Source: Paraspadella gotoi
Taxonomy: Eukaryota > Animalia > Chaetognatha
DNA: 64,000 nt
Direction of reading: 5' to 3'
NCBI GenBank assembly: GCA_051294375.1
Contig: CM119264.1
Coordinates: 15,907,245 to 15,971,244, forward strand
A program made the position numbers and the translations under genes. Positions 14,497 to 25,900 of the stretch are shown here, in pieces. Within the stretch, counting starts at the first letter, position 1. Each line of letters starts with the position of its first letter. The notes beneath the pieces are model-generated. The model had not been told where the DNA came from and did no database searches. It worked only from the letters and a program-made list of their open reading frames with translations.

Positions 14497-15771
14497 CTGG
14501 ACGGTTTCGTTTCCTTTTTCCACTTGACGGCCTCTTCCCTCCTCGTTGCCGATTAAGTACGAGTCCTGCAAGTAATTCTGTCCGTTTTCTTGTAGTCTCG
14601 ATTGATGACGCCGAGTTTCGATGTCGTCCAAAATGGATTCCGTTTCTTTGAGTCGTTCTGAAATTTCGTCCAGCGAGACGCGTTGCTTAGCCACAGTATC
14701 CGTTAATGCCATTTTTTGCGCGGTGGCGTTTTTATCCGAGAGTTGAGACGAAATCTCCGATTCGCGCTTCTGTGGCGAAGAGTAAAGCGCACCTGATCTC
14801 GATGAAACGGCGACGGTTAGAGCGACTTGAGCAGGCGAAGATCGTGCTGCGTCGTTGATGGTCGACCTTAGTTCAAAACGGCGTGGGGAACCGATTTTGC
14901 TCTCGGTTCCCAACGATGTATACCGAGGCTCGGTGACCTGAAAAGAGGCCAATCCAGTACCGAGATCTCCGTTTACTGGAGGTTTAGAAACATGTTGTTC
15001 TAGTGGCAGTTTCATCTTTCCATGCTGCTCCTGGATTTTTTCGTCCCAACCCAAATAACTCCGATTTATGAGAGGATGTGGACTTACGTTCCTCGACGGA
15101 CGATTACTAGAAGTTCCGTTAAAAGAAGCTTGACGCTTCCAACCTTCATACAGATTCCCAGGTCGCCGTGTTAAATCTGAGCACTTTGGGCAAATGACGC
15201 CGCCGGCGCAATCAGCGCATGAAGGGACTGATCGGCGAGCGGCCGGTGGAACCTGGTAGTGGCCCTCCCCGAGCGCCATGTCATCAAAGGATAGACCGAT
15301 AGGCGTCGTCCCGCCGTTTATTCGGGGACCAACGCCCTCTGCCGATTTTTCCTGCTTCAAAGTCCTCGCGCGAATCTCGAAGGTAACGTGATTCCGCTCA
15401 TTTCCCCAGGCGCGCCATACCTTGAGAATCTTCGTTTTACCCTGCAACGGGCGCTCCACATCGCGCCACCGCTCCACTAAAGCCCAAGCGTCGACGTCAT
15501 GTTCTTCGTCGCTTCCGCTCCCTTCGTCGCGCTGAAGGAGAAGCGCGTATATGATGTCGTTGCACGTCGTCCGCTTAGTCAGTCCCGTAAGGACTTTGAC
15601 GACGCCGTCCACGATCACCGGAACTTCCGTCTCTTCGGGACCCGACAGAGGTGAGACGTTTCCGGCCCCGCGATCTTCTGACGCCGGATCCAATGTTTTT
15701 TCATTTTCGTCTCTTTGCGGAGATATCTCGCCGTTGATGAGCCTCTTGGGGCTCGGGTGAACTTGTGCCAT
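14497..15771 (-). CDS. N-terminal RASSF family (RASSF9/10-like) Ras-association protein, first large coding exon
   Basis: RA domain EVPVIVDGVVKVLTGLTKRTTCNDIIYALL...LVERWRDVERPL...ILKVWRAWGNE, then a coiled coil and NYLQDSYL (RASSF9 NYVQDAYL-like). ATG at 15771 and donor CAG|GTAATG at 14497/14496; the unspliced ORF would stop at 14464. Confidence 0.88.
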
Positions 15772-15799
15772 TAAAAGCACATGGAAGATGACATTATAT

Positions 15800-16171
15800 C
15801 AAGATAGTTTTGTTTTGTTTTTTTCTAAATCGCAGATCGGGTTATGTTGGCTTTCCGTTGAAATGAAAAAGTTGAAACTATAAATTATCGACGATAAAAG
15901 AGATAACAGACGCGGGCCCTCTACCGACTCCAGTCAACGACCTACGCGGCGACGCACGCGAGGCCACAAGACGTCAAAACCGACCGGAGAAAGAGGCGTA
16001 ATTTGGTTTGAAACCCCCATTCTCGATTTACTTGTTATTTTGTTCAAGTTTTTTATTAAGTTATTGAGATGACGTCAGACGGCGCACAGAGTTAAAATTT
16101 GTTTCAAAATTTCGATTTTCCGACGTGCACTAGTTTCGTCAGTTCACTCTTAACTCAAGCAAATCATTTTA

Positions 16172-16214
<43 letters not shown>

Positions 16215-16650
16215 AAATATACTGGTTCAGCGCGAGGGCCTCTCCATTACACGTTGGTCGTCAGATTCAAATCGAAGACAAATGTTTCTAGTCGATTCTA
16301 GTGCGTAGTAATTTTTTTTTCCTCGTCAGTCTCGCCACGTCAATAAATTAATTATCGGTTTGCCCCACGGAGATTCCCGAGAAAGGGGATCATTTCTTGG
16401 GCTTCCAAGAAATAAAAATTAATACGATTTTAACGTCAAACTCCAAGAAAGATTTACTTGGAAACTAATGATCTGAATTAAACGAAATGGCGAAAAAATG
16501 TTGACGTGCTCGTAATCGGAACGGCAAAGCCAAAGGGTGCAAAGAAGTTGATTCCTGCTGTCTCGCTGCGAATATCCTTCGCTTTTATTGTTAAGAGTTG
16601 AGAACCCCCGAGGGTCGCCGCGTTTCTAGGGCGAATTGATCGGAATGTTG
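15800..16650 (-). promoter_or_regulatory. CpG-rich putative promoter/5'UTR of the RASSF gene with a CRE-like site
   Basis: GC/CpG-elevated island upstream of the ATG, palindromic TGACGTCA at 16070-16077 and several ACGTCA half-sites. Confidence 0.35.
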
Positions 16651-18780
16651 TCAAACCAAAGTTAACTTGGATTGATTGTAGTTTTTTGAGTGAATGTGGA
16701 GCAGTTTAATAGTGGAATGCGGTATAAAATTAAATATATATCTTTTCTTAGGTTTTTTCGATTATTATTTTATTTCACCGAGAGCTGAAAAACAATTGAA
16801 TAGAAGTTCATAATTAACCCCATGTATTTTTCAGGTCTTGACAAAAAATTGTGAACCAAATGAATTTCATTTAATAAGAAATGAAGTTCAAATTCCTAGA
16901 CAATGGAAAAAAACCGATGACGGGAAGAATCAAGGATTAAAAAAGTTGACTGCTCTGACCTTATTCCAGGACAATTTCGTATATTGTATAAACTGCTACT
17001 GATTATATTTTTTTAAAGATTTCGCCCAAATAAAACCAGTCGGCTGCATCCATGGGATATCATATACTTTTTGTCAAACCTTTTATAATTTTTTATCTAA
17101 TTTTTAATTCAACTTCGTCGAATCAATACATTTAGCAAGAATAAGCTTTTTCCGCTTCAATATGAAAGAAAATTATAAAATTCACTATGATTACTGGCCA
17201 CTAAGGTCTATCGTCAATATCCTAAGAATTTTTGAGTCGGCATCCAGAAAGAATGGTATAAGTTTGAATTCTAGGAAAAAAGGGCGAAAAACACGATCAC
17301 AGTTTTACACGAAAAAAAATTGAATTCCGAAAGTAAAAAGACACAAAATTGCAATTCAGAGAATGGCATAGTCGAGAAATAAAGCAGCATAATGTCAATG
17401 ACTACTTGTAAAAGCTTAACATAACTAGATCATTAAATATATCTTATATTTATTAATAAGAAGGCTTCATATTAGAAAACGAAACGCAGTTTTTTTGAGC
17501 CGAGAATCGGTTCCGGAATACCTACTGGATCAAATATGTTGAAATTATGTATATGAAATTTATACAACCAATATAAAAATTATCCATTCATTTAATAAAT
17601 AAGCTATCTTGCCCCTGACTTTGGACAGGCTTTGGTAGTTTAAGGCTTCCATCACTCTTACAAGATAATGACATAGCAGGTCCTTGCAAGCTTTCAATCA
17701 AGATGCTCTCACAGTCTTGTTTATTCACTCCCGGAGTTGCTATCTTCCCTCTCAATGAAGTGGTAAAATGTTTCAAAGAATGTTTCAATTGTATGAAATA
17801 AACAACTCCCTTAAGTATTAAATTGTACTCCGCCCAGCATACAAATACAAGAGCTGAATTTTATGAAATTGGTACAACCAATATAAAAATTATCCATTCA
17901 TGAATAAATAAGCTATCTTGCCCGACTTTGGTAGTTTAAGGCCTCCATCACTCTTACAAGATAATGACTTAGCAGGTCCCTGATCATTAAGGGAATGCAA
18001 ATAGAACTATCGAGGCGAATTTCAATATTTGACCCCTGAGCCGAAATATTGGCTGCCACAGGAGCGAAAAATGGTCAAAAGTTTTTTTCCGAATTTTCCG
18101 AATATTTTAATTTTGAATAGTTGCATAGACTTTATTTTACCTTAAAATACGTATTTATTACAACCTACAAACTAGTTAACCTTAATTTTTATGTACATGA
18201 AAATCAGCGGTTCATGCCAAATTTGGAATAACAAGAGAAAAATTGAATTGAATTATTCAAACAAATAAAACATGTAAAATGTTTTTTTTTTTTTAATTAA
18301 GACATCAATGCAACTTTTTTTTACAAAAAATTGGCTTTTTTCGCCCCCTTACAACCCCGGGGTCCTGTATCTCCTCTCAGAGGTTGAATATCAAAAATCC
18401 CCTTAATAGTTCCATTTGTATAGCCAATGTCTACCTTCATGCCAAATTTTATCAAATTTGATCGAGTAGTTTGTGCGGAACCGATGAAAAAACGGCGCAT
18501 AATTTTCTAATATGAGGCCTTCTGAATGTCTCCAACGGACCGAAAAATATTCAAATGAAGGGATCACCGTAAAAAGTTTAATGCCTTCAAGAAATTAGCT
18601 ATCGGCATAGCTTTCAGATCTAAAAACAGAATAAATTTCCAGATCATAAATGCAAAAATCGTTAGGTTTGTGAAGCCAAGCAAAGATGACTATGAGAACG
18701 CAAAACAAGTATAGGTAAAACTGAGAACATGATTAATACAATTTAATGGGAAAACAGAACTTGGGTACATGTTTCTCGTC

Positions 18781-19997
18781 TTAAATCGGATTAAATCTAG
18801 ACGAGGTACTCCCTCTATTGCCCCTGGCGTTATTACAATGATCCCTTGACCCAGAGCTGCTCGACTCGCCAGCACAAACGGCACCTCCGCTGACCCGAAG
18901 TAATGTCGTGGAACCGGTTAGTGGCATTCTCTCTGATTCGGCATTGAGGTCGTCATTGAGGCTCCAATCCTTCCAATCACAAGAGGAAGCAGCACCCATG
19001 GGCAAGATTTGGTCCTGATTACGAGAAACGAGTCCCATACCGAATAGAGCCGCTGCTTGATGTGGCACAGTTTCCTCTGGCCTCACTGTGCAAATGCTCT
19101 TATCTTCCACTTTAGCCTGTTGGACTTTCTCCCGATGTGTCTTAAGTTTCTGCGGTACGACGGGTTCAAGAGAGCCTTCCATTGCAACCGAGGCCGCAGG
19201 TGGGTCCAACGACGGAGTGATCATGCAGGAGTTATCCTCAAGAAGCTGAGCAATCTCGCCCACGAGTGGTCTAAGCGAGGGGTCCTTTTGCCAGCAGTTT
19301 TGCAAAAGGTTGCGGGCTTTAGGTAGAAGTTTATCAGGAACTGGAAGGGTGCGTCCAGCTTTGACGCACTCGATCACTTGGCTGTTCGTGAGGCCCTGGT
19401 AAGGGAAGCTTCCGAAGGTGACAATCTCGTAAACAAGAACGCCATAGGACCATACGTCTGAAGCGAACGTGAAAAGACCATCGGAAAGGGATTCTGGAGA
19501 CATCCACCGGACGGGTAGTTTACATTGGTTTGTGAAGCGGTAGTAGTCGTGATCATAGAGGCGCCTCGCCATACCGAAGTCGCCAATCTTGATGGTCATA
19601 TCCCGTCCGACGAGGCAATTCCGGCCGGAGATATCGCGGTGAACGAAACCAACTTTGTTGAGATATTCCAACCCCTTGGCAACGTCGAGAGACATTTGGG
19701 TCAAACGAGCGGCGTTTACTTCCTCCGATCCACATCCTCCTTCTCCACCTTCCCCGCTTCTACCAATAAACTTGTCAACTAGACTGCGCCGAGAGAGTAG
19801 GTAATTTTTTAAATCCCCGTATAGCATGAACTCCATGATGTTCATCAGGGGCTCGCCGCGGGTCACAACTCCTAGCAACTTGATTACATTAGCGTGGTCG
19901 AAAGTTTTCATCATATCGGCTTCGCTGAGAAAGGAAATCTTTTCAAGATCCTCTGCGTGGGGCTTCAGAGTTTTAACAGCAACAGAGATCCAGGGTC
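18781..19997 (-). CDS. vkr: VKR last exon: tyrosine kinase (VAVK onward) and C-terminal tail
   Basis: Acceptor TTTAAAG|GA, then VAVKTLK, FLSEA, HRDISGRN, DFGMAR, YDHDYYR, LPVRWMSPE, SDVWSYG; stop at 18781. Confidence 0.95.
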
Positions 19998-22900
19998 CTT
20001 TAAAAAATAAAATTTAAATAACTCATGTTCGAAATGAATATGATGAATATTTAAACAGAAGACAGTGACGACAAGTTTGAGCAAACAATGTCGGATCTGC
20101 CTACGATAATTTAGCGGTAATCAGCTACTAAATAGCTACTAATCAGCTACTAAATAAATCTATGAAATATCTATAAATTAATTGATCAATAAGTAATACA
20201 ATACATGTAAATCGCTTTCAACGGATTAGAATGAAGTGTTACTGCAGGACAATTAATATTTTATAATTTAAAAAACTATTTTATCAATAGATATATTGAT
20301 TGATAGTATCTATTAGGGCGTTTAAAAATAACAAAATATAACAAATCGAATAAGGTACATAGCTATTTTAGTGTAAACAAGTCTGTAGAATTTGATGGTG
20401 ATGACCATTTTTTTGTATTATTTTAACTTTCTTGTCAAAAATGACGATTTTTAATGTATATAAAATTGTCATAAAAAAGAAAAACAATTTATGATAAAAC
20501 AAATTATCAAAATTTTATCAAATTTACATAAGCTTTTGAAATATAAAAATAAAGACTTATAAAAATATTATAGTAAGTTTATTTCTAAATTTTATATTTT
20601 ATAAAAAGTTAGTTAACTATATTTATTAATAATTATGAGTAAAAATTAGGTTAAAGTTAAAAAATAATAATTGTTATGAAAATATGACTAATGCCTTACC
20701 GGAATCTAATGATTTCTTTATATAATTAGCGATGCTCTTTTGTCAGTAGTGAAAAAAATAGTTTTTAACATTTTTAACCAACTTAATGAAAGAATTTATT
20801 AAAATGGATTATACTTTCTTATATCAACTTTTTGTAAGGAATTCAAATCCGGTTTTAAAATTTCAATTTTTTTATTTTAGCTTATTTTTTATTATTTATT
20901 AATAAATATAGCTAACAAACAGTTAATAAAATATAAAATTTGTAAATAAACTTACTGAAATATTTATATGGGTCTTTATTTTCATATTATGTAAGCTAAA
21001 TATAGCTTTTATAAAATTTTAATAATTTGAGTTTCTTTGAATAGTACCTTAGGCAGCGACTTAGCATCTGAGCCTTTCGACTGTTATTGTTTATAACCTT
21101 GTTGAAGAATAAATCATTCTTACTCTGAAACTTGTTGCATCCACATTCCACAGTAGGCAGATTCGACATTGTTAGCTCAAACTTGTTACTTTTTCTGATC
21201 AATTGCGACGCAATAATCGAAAAATATGTACGGAGCTATATTTAAATTTTCAACTTCAATTGCAAACTTATATAATAAGATAATTTTATTGTGTTCCGAC
21301 TTTCTTTCGTAATTAACTTTATAAAATAAAACTGGGGGGGAAGGGAACGATGAGCGACAAATAAAAAAGTGAGGCGACTTACCACTTACCTGAAAATGCA
21401 GAAGATAATTTTTTGACTACTGAATTTTTAGCTGGATATGCTTACAGCAGATTCCGGCTCTATAATTCACTTTGTCGGTCCGTCAGTCCGCTCCCCCAAT
21501 CTTGTTGGTCATTCACGTATATCATGTCTATCGGTCCATCCCATCTTAGCAAAAAACACCAATTACTCGTGATTGGATAGATGGATTGAAATGAAATTTT
21601 GTGTGTGGGTAGAGAAGTGTGTGATTAACAAGATATGAAGTTTTGATGAAATCGTGCGAGTGGATATGAGTTTAAATGGAAAAAACAAAAACCTGTTTCA
21701 CTAATTGATTATGCTTCTTTTTCTTTTTATATTAAATGTAAATGCAAGATGTAATAATTAATCATTTAATTAATCAATTAGTTAATTAATCAATAATTAA
21801 ATATTGAGTCAATTAATCAATTATTAAATCAATCAATTATTTATCAATTAATTAATTATTTAATCAATCCAGTCAATCGTTATTGGCATTATTGTCATCG
21901 TCGCCATCGTCGTCGTTGCTTATGTCGTGGTAGGTGACGAAAAGACTTAATAATTAATTAATTTGATCTGAAATGTTTGTTTTTAATTAATTACCGCTAA
22001 TGATCGTGCGAGTGGAAATGAGCTTAAATGAAAAAAAAATCATATTTACTTAAAGCATTTTTACTTATATTGATTAAAAATTGGATAAATTGAAATGAAA
22101 TTTTGTGGTTGGGTAGGAAACTGAGATTAAGCTGGATTTAAGTTTTTGATGGAATCGTAGGAGTGAAAAAAAGTTGAAAAAAGAAAACCAAAGGACACAT
22201 TAATGTCAATTTTTAAAAGTTTCTCTCTTTGATTGATTGATTAGAACCAAATTCCTAAACTCGATCCCAAACCTTTTTTCATAATGTTTTTATATTTTTG
22301 GATAGAGAATGACTGGAATAATGTAAATCTTAAGTTACATCAATTTTTTTTCCTTAAACGAACAAAAGGAATCCATAACTTTCTATTATTTTATTATTTC
22401 TGGGTAAAAAAATATAATGAATTACATTAACATTGGGATATTATGAAAGTATAATGTCTTGTGAAGCCTGTGAGAGTAAAATAATAAAAAAATCGTATGG
22501 CAACGGGAGGATAGCCTGCTAGCGGACTACTCCGGGCGCGGGGTATCTCACCAACTGCTAGGGCTGCGGACCCTCAGTGACCGCCTCCTGTCACTGGCAT
22601 GTTTATACCGGCACCGTCACATTTAAGCCAGACACCGGGATACCCAGGGATTGAACCCGGGACGCACGGATGGAATGAGATGATTTAGCCTGCTCAGCCA
22701 TTGAGACGAGGCTGAGGACGGACAGCAGTGAGGCAGCTAAGTCTTGCTGCACAGGATCCCCCACCAGACTTCTCCACAGGGCCTCAATCCTGAGAGATGT
22801 CTGAGAGAAGGTTTTTGATCTCATTGCCATAGTGAGGACGGGCGAGTGAGCGAGCGAGACTGGAGCGTTACCAAGAAGTAGGGCATAGGCGTGATATGCA

Positions 22901-25900
22901 TACCCTAAGCGACGTAAGCGTGGGCGCACGGTGCGCAGCGGTTGCGTGTTCGAGAGTAGGGCTCACCACTTATGGCAACGGGAGGATAGCCTGTGATACC
23001 CGGGGCGCGGGGTATCTCACCAACTGGCGTAGGGGCTGCGGACCCTCAGTGACCGCCTCCTGTCACTGGCATGTTTATACCGGCACCGAACATTTAAGCC
23101 AGAACCGGATACCCAGGATTGAACCCGGGACGCACGAATGGAAAGATGATTTAGCCTGCTCAGCCATTGAGACGAGGCTGAGGAGGACAGCAAGTGAGCT
23201 AGCTTTAAGTCTTGCTGCCACAATCGCCCATTTTATTTTTGAAAAATGACATTAAGTCCGGCTCATTTCAGTAAACATCCCTGTTCTCTAACATACTTTT
23301 TGCTGGTGGAAAAGAAAGATAAATACTTAGGCTGTGATGGGGTGAATAATATTTTGTAGAATTTTGTAAGCATTAGTCAAGCAAATATTTAGGTAAAAAA
23401 AAAAATAATCAAAAAAACTTTAAAGTTTTACTAGAGTACAATTTAGAATCACTAAAAAGAATTTAATTTTCATTTATTTTTATTGGCTTTCATTAGTTTT
23501 AAAATTCATTATAATTTTGACTTAGTTTGACACTTATCCTATTAAGAGGTTTCAGCAAAAGAATTCTAAAATTGTAACTTGTATGTGCCTAATGATTATG
23601 GTATGGTGGACTAAAATCCACCAACCATTCATCAGCGACCATTGGTGCCGGAGGCAAGTCATTTGCCTCCCAACCCAAAGGTCCGGGGTTCTAGCCCGGT
23701 GGCTGCCTAGCAGTTAAGAGGGACGGGGCTCTTAACCCGCCTGTAACACAGTGTTACAGCCTGATCTGAAGCTCAGGGACTGCTTATATTGAACGGTTCT
23801 GTCACTAACACATAATAATAATCACTCTCTTCATTGGTGAGCCCGACTTCCGAACACAACAGCAACAACACTTTCAGGCGACATGCCTCAACCTGGCGAT
23901 GCACTTTCCGCCAACAACATTTCAGGCGACATGCCTCAACTTGGTAACGCACTTTCCACCAACAACAATTCACTGAAGAGAGGCAACAGACTTCTCCCTA
24001 CAGAAGGAGGGGATGTATGGTGGACTAAAATCCACCAACCGTTTATCAGCGGCCATTGGTGCCGGAGGCAAGTCATTTGCCTCCTAACCCAAAGGTCCGG
24101 GGTTCTAGCCCGGTGGCTTCCTTGCAGTTAAGAGGGATGGGGCGCTTAACCCGCCTGTAACACGGTGTTACAGCCTGATCGTATTTATTTTTTCAAAATG
24201 TTTTTTTCGATTTTCTATCCACTTGTTACAGTCTCGGTGCTCTAACTTCGGATAATGATTGTTAAGGGGACAAGGGTTTTCCATGCAAACTATCACATAT
24301 TAACAGGATTGATGCTCCTCCCCTTAAGATATAACGCTATCGGAATCATGCGTTTTACAACTTTTTTACCAGAATTTCTGGCAATCGCATTTGCAATTTG
24401 GGTAGTCAGATTTTAACAGAAATCTCTATTAGAAAAATGTTGAATTTTTTTTAAGCGAGATTCTCGTCTAGATTGATTGATTGACCAAGTTATGCCACTT
24501 GACTAATTTATGCCGGTTGACCAAATTTTGCAGTTGAGAAACTAATGACAGTTGACCAAATTATGACAGTTGACCAAATTAGGCCAGTTGACCTAATAAT
24601 GCAAATTGATTAGATTATGGAAGCTGATTAAATTATGCAAGTTGATAAAATTAATTAAGTTGACCAAATTATGCCGGTTGCCAAATTATGCCAGTTGACC
24701 TAATTATGTCAGTTGACCAAATTAAGCAAGTTAACTAAATTTTTCCAGTTGACCAATTCATACCAGTTGACCAAATTATGCCAATTGACCAAATTATATC
24801 ACTTGACCAAATTACGTCACTTGACCATATTATACCAATTGACCAAATTTTGCCTGTTGACCAAATTATGTCAATTGACCAAATTATGCCAGTTGATTTA
24901 ATTATGCAAGTTGATTAAATTATGTCAGTTGACCAAATTAAGCAAGTTAACTAAATTTTGCCAGAGGACCAATTCATACCAGTTGACCAAATTATGCCAG
25001 TTGACTAAATTACATAACTTGACCAAATTACGTCACATAAGAGGAAGGGTCATTCAGCATAACAATGCATAATCATTGATGTATTAGAGCTAATACATCG
25101 AAAAATAAGTTTTTATTTATATATAAACATTCTGTTTTCAATAATTTTTTTTAAATCGGTAAAATTGTGAAGTTAAATCGGTAAGCATATTTTTTAAAGA
25201 TTTGTTTTTCAATCTGATTATTAAAAAATTCTAGGTAAGAAGTTAAAACACAGTAAAGGGAAATTTAGAAGAGGAGAATTAAACAATTAATCTTGTTACT
25301 CTGTTGGTTTTCCAGTCATGAACAAAATCTTCAGTTAAAAAGATGGTAAAGAATTTTGAGCTACAATGAATCTACACTGAATTTGAAGAGTTGCAGCCTA
25401 AACGACTACAATAATATTGATTTAAAAATTTGATTAGCAATCTTAAAAACAATTGTAAAAATGTAATAGAGAGACATTTTGATAAACGCGTTCCAGTTAG
25501 GAAGAATTCAGGGTTAAAGTTTAAAAATGTTTAATTTTTAAAAATACAAGTTGAAATTTAAAAATGTCTCTCTATTACATTTTTCGAATTCACTAATAAA
25601 AAATTCATAAAAAATATCAGATGGATTGGCTTTTTCGTTTGACCTGCAACTCTTCAGATAGGTTTCTTTTATTTTATATTATAATTAAAACCGATATAAA
25701 ATGGTGTAGAATGTATCAAATGTTTAATGTGAATACATTTTCGGAATCGCCAGAAGCTCAGCTTTTTGAATCTGTACTCTCTTTTGGCCTATTTTTAAGT
25801 TGAATTGAATGACCCTTTTTCTTTACCATATTATACCAATTGACCAAATTTTGCCTGTTGACCAAATTATGTCAATTGACCAAATTATGCCAGTTGATTT

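Noticed and set aside
18781-19914. Insulin receptor or stand-alone kinase, with a separate GABA-B/guanylate cyclase receptor at 49.5-50.6 kb
   Set aside because: The exons join in phase into one VFT-TM-kinase protein with VKR-type motifs; no L or FN3 domains, 7TM region or cyclase domain is seen.
24480-25035. Regular repeat array as CRISPR, or ORF 24713-24901 as a repeat protein
   Set aside because: Contiguous 18-bp units without unique spacers, no cas genes, eukaryotic context; the ORF is a by-product of the periodicity.
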